From Mytilus californianus (Eukaryota): a stretch of 64,000 nt of DNA. Below the pieces are notes generated by a model that searched no databases, was not told the DNA's origin, and saw nothing but the letters and a program-made list of their open reading frames with translations. The stretch is taken from NCBI RefSeq assembly GCF_021869535.1, contig NW_026262712.1:47368001-47432000 (forward strand). The letters run 5' to 3'. Shown here one piece after another: positions 12,424 through 26,538 of this stretch; the stretch's first letter is position 1; each line of letters starts with the position of its first letter. Made by a program: the position numbers and the translations under genes.

Positions 12424-13179
12424 CTGTAACAGTTAAATTGTAATTATAAATGAACTATTCATAGTAACTCATCAATATTAAGATCGCTACTTTTGGATAG
12501 CTTTGGTCTTTTTAAATTTTCAGACACGTTTTTTGTCATAGATGTTGTATTTGAGCCACAAAGTCAAATACATTGATTTCATCTTGTTTCGAGAAAACAT
12601 GAATTGACATATTACAAGTCTGTCATTTCTTAACTTAGAACAGTCCCAAATTTTTCATTAAAATACAGAACTTTACTTCTCTGAGTTATCATAATACTTA
12701 ATTAAACTTCTGTAAATCACAAAAAGACTTGTTTATGTCTCAGATCTAGGTTCCAGAGGTGTCTGATCACAAAATAACCGACCTATAAATATAATTCTAT
12801 TTATTTATTTATGATCACCATACATTGTAACTTTGATACTATTTTTTTAAAGATGAATTAAATTATTTCGTTTTATCTCCTGGTTGAGTTTTGTGACAGA
12901 ATTACTCTGAATTTCAGGCTTTAAATATGAATACTGGTTAATAAGAAAGGAAGAAGTGATTTTTTTTGTATATTGTTCTAGTATGTTAAACTATATTTGC
13001 AGTTGGGAACTATTTGCAAATTAAAGTAATTTTCGAATGCACATAAAAACCCAATACCAACTATACTTGGAAGCTATTTGCAAAGTAATGTCAGAATCAA
13101 GGTGAGAACCAAATATCACCTATTCCTCGAAACTACAGGAACGTACTGTCAGAATCACTATAAGAACCAAAGATAAACA

Positions 13180-13400
13180 ATATTTAATATGGTCTTTTAC
13201 AAGTTAGAGGTTTCGCTAGCTATAAAACCAGGTTTAATCCACCATCTTCTACATAAGGAAATGCCTGTACCAAGCCAGGAATATGACAGTTGTTTTCCAT
13301 TTGTTTTATGTGTTTGAGCTTTTGATTTTGCCATTTGATAAAGGACTTTCCGTTTTGAATTTCCTTGGAGTTCGGTATGTTTGTTATTTTACTTTTTACA
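13180..13400. repeat. Dispersed repeat insertion
   Basis: AAACCAGGTTTAATCCACCAT...AAATGCCTGTACCAAG..AGGAATATGACAGTTG, recognised as a common interspersed family; partial similarity at about 3860-3900. Confidence 0.5.
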
Positions 13401-13637
13401 ACACTCGAAGATATTTTGAAAAAAAAAGAAATGTTATAAAATCTATTAAGAGATGTTTTTAATTATTTTCTTGCTCTCTGTTGTGAATTTTGCTTCATAA
13501 ATATACTGCAATATCTTCATTGATTTAAGAATAATAAGCGGAAGAGAATTGCTTATTTCGGAAGTCATATTAGCACATGTGAGTTGTGTGAAATGCTCTT
13601 GCATGTCCCACATCTGTAACCTCATTCGACAACTGAC

Positions 13638-13709
13638 CATTACGACAACTTGAAACATTTCTATCATTTGGGATTTGTTGTTCATCTTTATGCCAGTCAG
13701 TAGCAGTTT
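13638..13709 (-). CDS. Candidate 72-nt phase 1-1 cytoplasmic exon (ETATDWHKDEQQIPNDRNVSSCRN)
   Basis: actttag|AA...AATG|gtcagt, open frame. It overlaps the TLR-like remnant, so it may be fortuitous. Confidence 0.3.
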
Positions 13710-15726
13710 CTAAAGTCTGTTATGGATAAAAGGATATGTATTTTAAGTTCACTAATACAATAACAAAAAACAAAACAGAAATAATACATATACGTTAGTC
13801 GAAATCAACTGTGACAGTTGGGAATTGGGTTTATAGGGTTTACATGTATAATATGGTGTTTCGCTGTTTTACAAACTCATCATCAATCACCATGATTAAA
13901 ATTATTTACATCAGGTAATTGGTTTACAAATCAAACATAAACTTAATCCTAACAAGCTTCCAGGAAATGATACATTTTGATTTATTTTTACCCTAATTAT
14001 GACTTGATAACTATTAAATATTTTTCGCAAATGTTTCTAAGAATAGAAATGGGAACAATCTAATGCCTGACAGTTTTAAACATATATCCGATTTTAGGAT
14101 TGGAGAATTGCTACATTTTGAATTATGCTTGATAAATCTTCTAAATTCAATCTACCATATGGAAATAAACGTTTATAAAACCCTCTAAAGATTACTTATC
14201 TGACGGAAAAAATGATCAATCAAATTTTTCATATTTTATAAGCGTAGCATGTATGAGTAAAATGATATGCAGAATATATATAAAAGAGACAATTACCCAA
14301 CAACTTAAAAAACTCAAACATGTATTAAAGAATATGTAGTCACAGTTGGAAAAAAGTGGAAAATATCCTGATACTTCTCGTTTGTATTTAAGATATGATA
14401 GGTAACACTGTTTGCTTGTGAGCGTTTTATTTTGAAAAAAATACATATTTCATTATGTAGTGTTGTTAAGTAGGATTTGCCAAACGCAGTTATCATTGTT
14501 GAAAGGCAAATCAATATTTTTTAAAGTACACCAGCAAATCTGCTTATTAGCCATTGTCAAAATTGATTCATTGGGTCTTACAGATATGACAACTGTCTTA
14601 TACTCAAGGTCTACGTTGAACCTCAAATCAAATATATCATAAAATAATAAAAGATTGGCTCATGCAGATTTGATAAAATGTTAGGCCGAAGGCAATTTTC
14701 ATTTACAATGTCACAACGATGCATGAAAGTCCTTTTGTAGAATATATAGATTGGTTAATTGTTGCTTGCTGAATATCCAATGGTAAATATTTTATGCATA
14801 TTAAGGACGAAAACATATTAATGATCAATACAATAGGTAGGTTATACACAAGAAGGTAGGAAATTTGAACCGTCACTGGTTACTGAAGGTATGTTTGATA
14901 TTTCCAGAATTTCCAGTTCCAACTGGGCGAAGCTGCTGATTTATTTATCCAGCAGTACGGAGACTCTACTTTAACTAGAGGTTTGAATAAGTCTATGGAT
15001 AACCGCTATTCCTAGACTAGTTGGGTAATATACTATATAAATAACACATAGCTGAGAGGATGATAGAGCAAATTGTTACCCCGAGAAAATATTGTCAACT
15101 GAGGCAAAGCCAAGGTTGACAATTTCTTTTCGAGAGGTAACAAACTGCTTTATTACCCTCTCAGATATGTTTTATTTAATTTATTATACAGAATGTTCTG
15201 TTATAACTGTCTATTAAATTTTAAATTCAAAGCAATAAACTATGACGTCTTGTACATAACAACCATCCGTATTTAATAAAGCGCACAAGTAATCAAGCGT
15301 CTCCGTGAAGGGTAACAGAATATTTGCCATGGGATAGAGTAATTGATCTCCCTCGTATTAACCAATTAAAATCTGGCATTTTGATATAAAGTATACTAAA
15401 ATGTATTAGTCTTTCTGAGGGACATGTCGACACGAGGATGAATGTTTAGTAAGGTATTGTCCTCGGAATAGTAATGCAGTCGAACAGTTTATTTCATCTG
15501 GTGATTCGGGATGAGATGCTCTGAGTATACTCCTTTATGTACTCAAAATTAGAAATTAGAGTAGAGAATACAGCGTACACGAAACTATGCCAAAACAACA
15601 GTACACAAAACACAACATAGCAAACTAAAAGACTGAGCAACACGAACACTACCAAAAAAAGCAAAAACCAGGGGTGATATCAGGTACTCCGGAAGGGAAG
15701 GCAGATTCTGCTACACAAAAGTCGAC

Positions 15727-15816
15727 CATTTCAACTTTGTAGACCCTTGCAAGGCTGTTAGATGTTGAAACATATAGGTTTAGCCTCTTCGCGTTTGTGA
15801 AGATCTAACGTCATAT
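15727..15816 (-). pseudogene. Dead duplicate of the 16072-16161 exon
   Basis: Same 90-nt length; MTLDLHKREEAKPICFNI*QPCKGLQS*N versus MKPVLHRQEEATPLCSNISQSREDLQSLK; two stops; acceptor AG lost. Confidence 0.65.
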
Positions 15817-16071
15817 CATCAGCAATAAGTTGAGCATTAACCACTCAATTATAAAACATTTGCCATATTCACAGGAAAACAAACGCTGTATCCGCTTTCC
15901 CACCATGTTAAAGGATTACATTGTAACTGTTTTGTATAATATAGTATCACTTTGTATTTTGTAAATTAGCATAATTAGGACTGATTCTCAGTTGTTTCGT
16001 TGTTTTTTGCAGCACCAATACAGACAAATAATATTATAAACTAAGACATACATTGTTAGCTTTGAATTTAC

Positions 16072-16161
16072 CTTTTAAACTTTGTAGATCTTCTCTAGAC
16101 TGAGAGATGTTGGAACATAACGGTGTAGCCTCTTCTTGCCTGTGAAGAACTGGTTTCATAT
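16072..16161 (-). CDS. Juxtamembrane cytoplasmic exon (MKPVLHRQEEATPLCSNISQSREDLQSLK)
   Basis: ttattgcag|AT...AAAG|gtaaat; 90 nt; phase 1-1. Confidence 0.7.
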
Positions 16162-17614
16162 CTGCAATAAATTGAGAATAAACAACTAATTTTGTACGAC
16201 ATGTGTTATATTTGCAGAAAATAACCCAAAGATTGTTTTCGCTTTTCCACCTTGATAACAATAGCTGTTTTATATAATTTGATACTGTAACGCTTCGTAT
16301 TAAACAATGCCACCCATATTTGAAAATTGGCATTTTAACACTTACACAGATAGCTAGTATTTTTTTAATTACCTTTTATCATATTTATGCCTTGTCCTAA
16401 CAAAATTCTAAAATCTATTGGTAAATATTAACGTAACGAATATCATCACTTCCACAACGCCATAGCGTTGATATACAAAGAAAGATTTGATTATTTAGCA
16501 GATCGTTTGTTTCTTTTTTCCAACGAAGCTAGTTAAATTACTCTATGTGTAGCAGTGAAGAAATTAAGTATTATCAAGAAAACGTCAAACATTGTTTCCT
16601 GCATTTCAACTGTTTTGATAATAGAGTTTAGGACGGCATAAGTTTATGTAATGTTTTTTTTTTAGAAAAATCCCCGAAACGGCCAAATGTGAAACACTTC
16701 AAGAGAGAAAAACAACGGCCTGATTTACAATGTATTCAAAAATAATAACCGAAAAACAAATATAGTCGATAGCAACCAACGACAACCACTAGATAACAGG
16801 TTTTGTGTAAGTACAAAACTAATGTGGTGGGGATAAACATGTTAGTAAATGCTCAATCATGTGCTTTTGCCTAAGTCAAGAACATTGTAAGATGTTGTCT
16901 TTTATTTGTGCTATTTCTTATTAGATTTATTCACAACATTTTTTTAAGACACCCGTAGACCTACAGCTTGCAACTGTATACAAAAACTATATTTCAGAAG
17001 AGGCTGTATGTATATCTCTATACGCCTTCTGATCCTTTTGTCGTTGTGATTCTGTCTGGTTGATATACACCCACGTTTCTATTTAAGTTAATTACCATCG
17101 TAAGTTTTCCGTTGAACTTTTAAGTGACGTCCATTGTACATGTTTTGAAAATATCAGATAATTCGAGGAAAAAAACCCGAATTGCTTAATTTTTATAAAA
17201 CCATATTTTATATCATGAACGATGTAGTTAATAGCAAAGAAGCAATATAATATATTATGTTAACAGGACGAAAGAAACCGATTTTCATTTGATTAAAACA
17301 AATCAACATATTGACCGTTTTTTTAATGTTTGGATTGAAATGTTAAGATTTGAGCAGTCCTGAAGGTAAATGCTAAACACCGCTTCGTATGCATATAATT
17401 CATAAAGTGTAATTGTCATATACTTGTTTCAATCACATTTGTTGTCACTTGAATCTTTAAATGTGGAAAACTAAAGATGAGTAAATGGTGTTTTGCTTCT
17501 TTCTCAATTTCGAAGTGCATAAAACAATTAACTCGAAAGGATGTTCATGAATTGGAGATGCATTTTCTTTTTTCACAAATTAAATATAAAAATTATGATA
17601 ATGATATTTCTTAC

Positions 17615-17704
17615 TGTGCTTGGTCCTTGATTTCTTGCACACAACAATCACTGCAACCACAGTTATAAAAACTATCACAAGTAGACAAATTCCTATCAAC
17701 GGTC
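17615..17704 (-). CDS. Transmembrane exon (GPLIGICLLVIVFITVVAVIVVCKKSRTKH)
   Basis: tttttgttttccag|GA...CACA|gtaaga; 90 nt; phase 1-1; ~21 hydrophobic residues followed by KKSRTK. Confidence 0.8.
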
Positions 17705-19737
17705 CTGGAAAACAAAAAACATATTCACAGAATACCGTGTATGCAGGTTTTAGATAAGTATGGACTAGCAACTTTATCAAACTTTATTATGATGGAAACG
17801 CATCAAATCAAACAAATAACATAAATTAAAAAGTAAAACAAGATGACACAACATATTTTAATAAAGAAATAATGGATTTCTTATGTCCGATATTACTTTC
17901 AAAGCAGAACAGGTAAAACCAATGCTGTAAAAGATTATGTGATACTGATATTAGTTTTATAACGGAAGGATTAAGAGTACCTACATTAGAAACGATAATT
18001 TAATTGCACAATTTGTCCATGTGAATTGTAGTTTAGAAGACTACACTAAGAACACTTTCGAAAAGGAAAGATTCTCATTTATTAAAGAAGATGTGGTATG
18101 ATTGCCAAAAGTCATAGTGAGGCCTTCAACAAGGAACAAAAATTCTCATCTCACTGCAAGTTTAAGATGGCCATTAACGCCGGTTTGAGCAGAATTCATT
18201 GCAAACTGACGATCACTACACAAATGTGAATTGAAGATGTAACCCATGGAGTAATATCAATAAAATGAATCTGGTAAAGAAATCAAACATTGACTGTTAT
18301 AATTTAGCCCGACAATCACAATGAAGCGTGCAAAAACAATACGAGCATTAAGACAACCACGGGGAACATCGATATATATATGTGTTAGATAACTAGGAAG
18401 GAAATAAAGTATGTATAGGAAAATAATCAGGGTAGACTTTGTAAGTTGTAACACCATTAGCTCGGGCCCGGTTAAAAAAAACATACCGGAAAGTAGTACA
18501 TATTTAAAACAAATAGTTCCTACGCATAGATGTAGATATCAAACTATAAGAATATGTATTGGTCGTTTATCAATAAAAGTAACATTATAATGGAAAGCTG
18601 GAATACTTTACTTTTTTTTAATTTCAAGGGCTAAATACTGACTCTGATCATATCTTATCATTTAATATGAAATTATCGTTTACTATCCGTCGTTTGTAAT
18701 ATATATATAATGTTTTCATGATAACGGATACAATGCCACGACGAATGAGTTCTGAAAATGATGCCATTATGAAACAAACCATAAAGGTTACCAGTTCGAA
18801 TGTTAATGTCGTAGCATAAATGAGTATTGCTAACATCAATGAAAGAGAGATTCTAGAAAACAAAAAGGGAAAAACATTACTTTAAAAAATAAGGAGGTGA
18901 GGTGTGAAATGCAAATGAGATATCTATCCACAAAAAACTAAGGAACAATGACAACTACATGTTATCGTATGACATTCATCAATGTGCAAACTACATACTG
19001 TAAAGTTAGCGATACAATATGCCGGAATATAACAAAATATGAAACAAAAGAAAATCACTGTCTGAATTAAACTAATGATAATATTGAATTAAATGCAATC
19101 ACTATGGTAATAAGTTATGATCAACAGCAACTTGACTACAGGTTCCTTAACAATTCGTTTAAACACTCAATCATAACACTTATCTGGGACAATGTGTAAC
19201 AGTACAACATTATATCACATAATAAAAACAATTGACAAGAGTGCGACTAAACTGACTGGTACTGAACATAAAACACATTTAACAAAATGACAAAAGACAC
19301 ATATAGCCAATTTAAGAGAACTCGGGGTTACTCAAAAAAAGTTTTAGTCCTATCTTAACTAATAAATTGACCATGTTTTCTTTGATGAAAATACGAATAA
19401 GAAAATCTCCATTGGTAAGGCGTTATCAATAGTTTCAGAAAAGCACACCTCTGTGAAATGCAAAATATATGTATCGACATAATGCCAAGTCATATGTGTT
19501 TATGAATGTATATCAACATCAGTTTATAAATTAGTACGTATCAAATGATTGATAAAAAAAAAGAAACTAATACAATGTGAAATTGATCATTTTAAATAAA
19601 TCTGTTCTTATGGACAATAGGTTAACATCAATCATATCATAATCAAAGAGCTGTATAAACAACATATTTGTTATAATAAGGATGCTTTGTCCGTTTGTAG
19701 CAAAAAAAGGCAGCTACAAAATAAGTTATTTGACAAC

Positions 19738-19791
<54 letters not shown>
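19738..19791. repeat. (GTA)18 microsatellite
   Basis: Perfect trinucleotide run read directly. Confidence 0.95.
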
Positions 19792-21351
19792 ATCGAAAGC
19801 AATTTTGAAAAGAATATACAGCAACAATTCATGATTAAGATCATTTAAAAGTTTGTTGCAATTATGAATGTTAAATATTTGATAACGGATGAATATGGAC
19901 AATTGGTGGTGACAGAGACTTTCGTTTCTGTATGAAATGACTAAGATTTAACACAAGCAGCCACACTATTTTCGAAAATCCTCATCAAAGTTTGAAACGT
20001 TTGTAAAAAAGAAAGATAACACTTAAGTTATTTAATGCTTCCGAAGAAGCGATTTTCTGGAATAACCTTCATATGGAAAGCTCAATGCCGAATATTTGAA
20101 AGTCAAGGATGTATAAGATCCGAAACAGTACAAAAAATCTGTATGACCAAATAAGGACCTAAAAATAATAGCCAAATCCATGAAAGTTTAACTTTGCCTG
20201 AGAGAGATGAAACCTCAGTTTTTTAAAATATTTTCTAAATCTATAAATGGACAATATTAGAATAGTTTGTTATAAAGCATGTCAGTACTAGGCTTATGAA
20301 GAGTTTAGTTGAAATACTGCGTTGCAGCACATTTTACTTACAGCTGACAAACATGAAAAAAAGGACAAGAAAATGTTTATCAAAGATGTATTTTTTTTTC
20401 GTCTAAATTTGCCTAAACTATTCAAAGGTGGACTAGTTTAGTATGTTTGACAGCACAGTTCCTGATCACAGCTAGATCGCAGATGCTTTAGACAACCAAC
20501 CGGCAAACTTCGTTTTTATGCTAGACAGACATGATTATGGGAGTTTTTAACGACCTTGAATGGCTATACATCCCTAGACAGACAAACCAATCAGGAAACG
20601 TAGAATTAAGGTAACATGAATCATATTTACCCAAATGGCTTTGTCATGTAATCAGGTACAAAATTAGTTATACAATCATGTGAAATAAAAGATAATTTAC
20701 AATCATAAAACATGACGTATATCAAACAATCGAAAAACAACAATATGAACCTAAATTTAAATCACTCTGGTGTACATTTAGGCTTCAGAAATGTGAGTTA
20801 AGAATTGCATCTTTGAATTGCAGATACTAGGAAACATTTTACTATTATGTGACGAAACGATGATGACAGAAAAGTAAAGTAACTTCAATCTAGACGGAGT
20901 TCACTTTGGCTAACATAATATCAGCAAGCTTTTAAGTTCAGATCTTTAATACCGAGAAATATACAGTTTGCACGATGCAAAATGCTATCTAGGGCAGAAT
21001 GGTAGTATTTAATAATAAAATAGTGATTTTGATCACAATTTACATTTGAGTACAACATGTAGAATGTGATATAAGGATAAATCTATGAGAAAAGACCCAT
21101 CCCCGTTTTTCAGTTAAATAACTCTGACTTACACTTGAGAGATACAGGTTAAACCCTCAGACACTGACTATGCATACGCTTGTAAACGTTATTTACATGT
21201 ATGAATCGATACTTAGGTTCATTACTGCCTCATACTTAACGTTTACATTTCATTCATCAGTTTAATGTACCGCCCATAGCGTTGATATTCTAATATGCAC
21301 CATAATTCACATATGTGTAACTTTAAATTCATAAAACATTTTTGAGTCTAC

Positions 21352-21441
21352 CTGTAAAATCTTTTCCAGCATAGTCTTTTGTCTTATTACTATTTTCAGA
21401 TGAATTCTTCTTATTTGTTTTTGTTTCTTTAGAGTGAACGT
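21352..21441 (-). CDS. Extracellular stalk exon (DVHSKETKTNKKNSSENSNKTKDYAGKDFT)
   Basis: ttccattattag|AC...ACAG|gtagac; 90 nt; phase 1-1; polar with NSS and NKT sequons. Confidence 0.65.
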
Positions 21442-22454
21442 CTAATAATGGAAAAAAAATTACATCAATGAATTACACCAGATGCAAATAAAACATGATC
21501 GATTTGAAACCGTAATTATCATCACAATAATATGCGACAAATTGCTCGTTCATAGGTAGTGTATACACACACAGAAATATATTGATTTTTTTTGTATTGG
21601 TAACGATACAGAAATTTGAAGGTAAATTAAGGAAGAATGCCATGTTGAACTTGAAGCAAATAACGATATTCCGAGACGTGATTGATTGCTCTCCTTTCAA
21701 GTTTAGTAACACTTTTGTCGTAGTTACTTGAAAGCACTTTGTTGTTTGTTAATATCCGTTAAAGCATGTAATTACTTTTGCTTAACACTGGTAACCTAAA
21801 ATCAATAATTTATCAACCAATTAAGTATGGCATTTAAAATTTTATCGATGGTACCTAGCATTTACAAATTTGGCTTCTTAACCGTGGTTTTAGGCCTTAT
21901 AGGTTACTGATATTACAAACACATATTATGTGGATTGCTTTAAATTTAACTTTTATTCAGTTTAGTAATTTCTAAATTTTTACCTTTGTTTACTGTTTAA
22001 TTGTTCATTCAGGAGACAGAGCTAAGTTCATATATTCAGAAACTCTAGTAATCTTACTTGAAAACCTACGGTTAAATAAGGCGTAAATGTGTATATTTTT
22101 GACCGGAAAATTGCTTTTATTAAAAGACGACACTTTAGTATTTTTCCAACTATATTTTTGATTCTGTGTTATTTAAGTTGCTCTGATTGGTATCCCGATA
22201 TCGGTATTATTATTATATATATCGTTCATATTTCAATATTTCCATACTATTTAGCCTTGTTTATGTTAAATTGAACTTGATTCGTTTTGTTCATTTGATA
22301 CAAAGATGCAATATTTGAAAAACATCATGTCACCATTTTAGTTCAGAAGATAAAGATTTTACCTCCATATGTTAATTGAAATTTGAGACCGAAGAAAACC
22401 CAGAGAAGAACGGACCCTTGTTGACTCTCTTTCTTAACGAAACTTGTTTCTTAC

Positions 22455-22745
22455 CTGTTCCATCGTAAAATAAGGTTGCATATTTTGAAAACCATGACGT
22501 TACAGTTCTGTCCACAAACATCATATCGCATGAAAAATTTACAGTTTCTCTGGTATTTTTTAGATGAAATGAACGGGAAAACTCGTTTCCAGATGGACTA
22601 CATGAGCAAATTTCAGGATTGCACTCTCCTGCTTGATGTGTACATTTGCCTGTTGTAGAATTCAGCGTTAAGCTGTCTTCTGATCTATCATTGATAAGGA
22701 ACTCAACATTCTTTCCATAAGGTGCTCTACAGGCAAAACATCTCA
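22455..22745 (-). CDS. Ectodomain exon D2, Cys-rich Ig-like/beta domain
   Basis: gtcacag|TG AGA TGT...ACAG|gtaaga; 291 nt; phase 1-1; VRCFACRAPYGKNVEFLIN...CNPEICSCSP...NFSCDM; 7 Cys; NST and NFS sequons. Confidence 0.85.
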
Positions 22746-24779
22746 CTGTGACTTTAGAAATATTAACCTCGCCTGTGATATATATATCTGTAGATCCTAT
22801 AAAACCTATAAAACAGGTAAAGTGAGATATTTATAAGGAATACAGAATAAGTGATGGTACCCCAGTGATATAATCTCATTTGTCCCTTTAAACAGATACA
22901 ATAATTCCTACATCTTTTTCATCACACGGAGGCAAAACATTACGATATTAAAGACAATACAATAGTCTTAGTTTATATCTATCATCAGACCACAAAGACG
23001 AAAGGACAAAGTGCATGATTACTTTTGTTTTCATATTCTAGTAAATCATTATTATTATTATTATTTACAGTGCTTATATAGCGCTTATCTTAATAAACAT
23101 TTAAAAATCATCGTCCCGTTTTGTTAGAAATATACACATGTGTGTAGCGTATACGCATCACAGTTGGAAAGCTTCAAAAGAAACAAACTGCTGTCAACTG
23201 CAGAAACTTAATCGAAAAAAAACAATCGTTTTCGATATTTGATTGCCATTCTACAAAGCTATTACATAATGATTTAAAAAGAGACAAATATGTGAAGAGC
23301 ATGGTAAAAAAAAACCATGTCAACGTACTGATTCTTGGTATCAATTTAGTCTTAAAAGTTATCAATTAAACACTGCAGTAAGATCTTAAACGGTTATTTC
23401 ATTAATTTTTTTTATGAAATAAATATGAATTGCGAACTGCTGGAAACACTTATGATATTTTATCCTTTTCTCAGAATGTTTATGACCTTTTTACACTTAA
23501 ACTGTGGCATGTGTACTGATTGATATTCTAGTCGAATAAAACATGATTTATGAATAAGTTGTAATAGGCTTTAAACTAGCTTTCAGTTACTGGAAACAAT
23601 TTAAGAACGGTTCGGTGCGTCATTTGCTTTTTGGTAGTTGTTTTTGTTTGTGAGTGGTTGTTGTCTGACGAGGCACGCTCTTTATACCTGCTTTTTACAG
23701 GTTGTGCTTTTGATTTTCAAATACACCACTGACCAAGTTTGGGAATGTTGAGCGCTCATAGATATGTTTAATTACATCAACTTAATTGCTTACGTGACCA
23801 AAGCAAGGAGCTTGTAATTCAGTTGTAGTTGTTAGTTGCTGTATGCAATTTTTGTTCCATAGTTTTTAAAAAAATAAGGCCGTTTGTGTTCTAGTTTGAA
23901 ATGACTTACATTTTGATTGCTATACATTATGGGGTCTGCTCTTTGATGAGGACCGCATTGTTACCTTATAGTACATTACATCTACGTCCTTCGGTCTCTG
24001 GAGGATATTTGTCTCATTGAAATCATATTCCATCTTCTTTTTAATTGCTAGTTTGGTTGAGGAATCACATATCCCATACGATATATCTGATGGAACCAAG
24101 TGTTAAAAAGAATCACGAGGAAGTGAAAAGTAAATTTAACTTTTATGACAAAACAATTCAGTAATTTGAACTTAGACAACCAAACGTATAATCAAGTTTC
24201 CCACCAACACAGAATTAAAAAAAAATGTATATACATGTTTCCTATTAGAACCAAGATAATAAGGAACATTTCAAAAACACACTTTCATTTTTTATGTCTA
24301 TCAATTTGAATTTTTTTTTATATCAGCTGGTGATAAAAGTCTTCATAGAAAATACATTTGTTCCAGATTATTCAATCAAATCACTATTTCATAAATAACC
24401 TATATTCTATATAACAGATACCAAAAATGAAAATACCAAATAAAAGTTACCGTTTTATAGCAATCCTCTGTTCAGTTTTTTGTCACACTGCTCACACATT
24501 TTATATTACAAACGTAAAGATAACATAAACAAAATGGTATCAATGCATTTATCAGTAAATATATTCCATATAAATGTTTTCCCTAGAAAAATTTCGTAAG
24601 TGTGACACTTGTCTTTGAATATCAACCAATTTATGATATAACAATCAATATCTTCTTCATATAGCAGAAGTTGATGTGCCAATAACAGAATAACAACTGT
24701 GATGATTTAAATATCATAGCTACCACACAATGTTTTTGATGTCAGAAATCTGACACGTATTCATCCTCGAGATACTAAA

Positions 24780-25330
24780 ATGACATAGAAGTTTACAACT
24801 ATAGGTCACCATACGGCCTTCAAAAATGAGTAAAACCCATACCGCACAGTCAGCTATAAAAGTCCCCGAACTAAGAAATGTGAAACAATTCAAACGAAAA
24901 AATAACGGCCTGATTTATGTACAAAACAATGTACGAAAAACAAATATGATATACAGACTTAATCGACAACCACTGAGTAAAAGGCTCCTGACTTGGGACA
25001 GGCACATACAGAATGTGGCGGGGATAAACTAGTTTTTTTGGCGCAAAACCCTCCCCCAAACCTTGGACAGTGGTGTAACAGTACAACATAAGAACTATAA
25101 AAATAAGTTGAAAAAGGCTGAACTCATCAGACCGATACAAAGAAGAAAAACATCTAACAAAAACACAGACCGCACGTGGCAGGGTATTTATACATCCCAC
25201 AACAAAAAAGAAACTAAGTACAGATCTAGGAGTACTCACAGTTACTGACAGCTATTTCATAGCCATTTACAACTAATAAAAAAATCATGCATCTAAGACT
25301 TAAATATCAATCAGTACACATCCAACATCC
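24780..25330 (+). repeat. Dispersed repeat (ACAACTATAGGTCACC..ACGGCCTTCAA..ATGAG family)
   Basis: Same core as 33050-33240 and 35920-36200; inverted relatives at about 23700-24040 and 36300-36440. Confidence 0.65.
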
Positions 25331-25379
25331 AATTTTTCAAATGTTGTGTTCATCTTTGTAATCGATATAACTGAGTTTG

Positions 25380-25720
25380 TTTACGGATTGGTTTGTTTGT
25401 AGGCATGTCAACTGTGTCTGCTGTTCCTGTGTGCGCTCGATGTTGTACCTAAATACTCGTTCAAAACAAAAACACTAATATCCTTTGTACAACATGTTGC
25501 ATCCTGTCGATTGTGAATGCAATCTCTTTATATTGATGTTTTTTTCATATTTGGATACCTTGAGGTTTTTTGGTTTTATTCACACTCCGGCTAGACTTAT
25601 TTTGTTTTTAGCCGATGAGAGGAATTGTTGCAAACAGTATCTTATCTCAGGCTTTAATAGGGTTTTGTGCTTGTTATTGTTGTAAAAACGGTGGAGTACG
25701 GGCATGTAAGATTCCTATGC
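25380..25720 (-). pseudogene. Possible decayed duplicate of ectodomain exon D1
   Basis: With a frameshift, NINI-KEIAFTID resembles D1 NINRNEIIFTIED; RNLTC upstream; multiple stops. Confidence 0.25.
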
Positions 25721-26538
25721 TTTAAGCAGTCTATCTCCTTTTCTTCTCTTGATATGTTATAACATAAATTATGCTTACTACCCTGATAGCCGTGAATATC
25801 ATATCACATGATTTATAAATACAATAGATAAGAGGAAGAGGTAATCGGTAGGTTTTTAGGTCTCATTGTGTCTGCACTTTCGAAAGTTTGTCCGTACGTT
25901 AATTCTCTTAAGCTAATCACCGTAGTAACTAGTAGTTTATAACTCTCCTTATCTAAATCAAAATTAAACATCCGTTATTGTTTCAATTTGACCTAAAACA
26001 TTCCAAGAGCTAATAGCTAAACTTTGACCTTGTCATTTCCGCAAACGTAGGACGGAGCATTTTAAAACAGGCTACCAAATGACTTTTTTTTATTAATAAA
26101 AACGTTCACATATAGTGAATCATTGATACATGATACAATTGTGTACCTCTTTTTTTATTTTTGTTTCTATATCAAAATAAGATAAAAGGTATGCAGCATT
26201 GAATACCAGAAACTCAAAATAAACCATGGGCTGGATTTTAATGATTCTTTCATTGAATTATCTAAAGCCTTAGACGCAATCAACTTATCAACTGATTCCT
26301 TCACCTGACATGTTTGGGGTTTTCCTATAGAAGATCACGGACTTCCATTTCTTAAGTTAACGATTACATGGAATTAAAAAAAGTGTCAACTTTAACAATG
26401 GTAAATGGAAACATCCAAATATTGTTTATCGAGTATACAAAAACATTAACAAATTTAAGTCTTAAATTAAGTTATTACCAATTTATTTACTCTCAATCGC
26501 ATACTACAATACATTATATGTTATCTCTGTTACCTTAC

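Larger units (their letters stand above)
12880..14750 (-). pseudogene. Decayed TLR-like pseudogene (LRRs, LRR-CT, TM, TIR box 1), interrupted by a repeat
   Basis: With frameshifts it reads IYL-DLRFNVDL, TLKNIDLPFNN, FFRQISNL, QALDCSH, NPINPIPNC, then LTCANMTSEISNSLPLIIL..ILQYIY (TM-like), then FGSYSDSDSTFL and GFLCAFENYF (TIR-like). Motif recognition by eye only. Confidence 0.35.

Noticed and set aside
18257-18863. Hydrophobic ORFs 18257-18484 and 18648-18863 (GPCR- or signal-peptide-like)
   Set aside because: No diagnostic motifs and no consistent exon chain. T-rich DNA yields hydrophobic translations. A pseudogene cannot be excluded but is unsupported.
18890-18950. Minus-strand VDRYLIC, resembling a GPCR DRY motif
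   Set aside because: The DNA is a degenerate copy of the GAAGATGTGGTATGATTGCCAATGAGACAACT repeat, so the motif is incidental.
24480-24760. Signal-peptide-like IITVVILLLAHQLLL followed by Cys/Trp residues on the minus strand
   Set aside because: Flanked by stops, with no clear splice sites and only a vague resemblance to D1.
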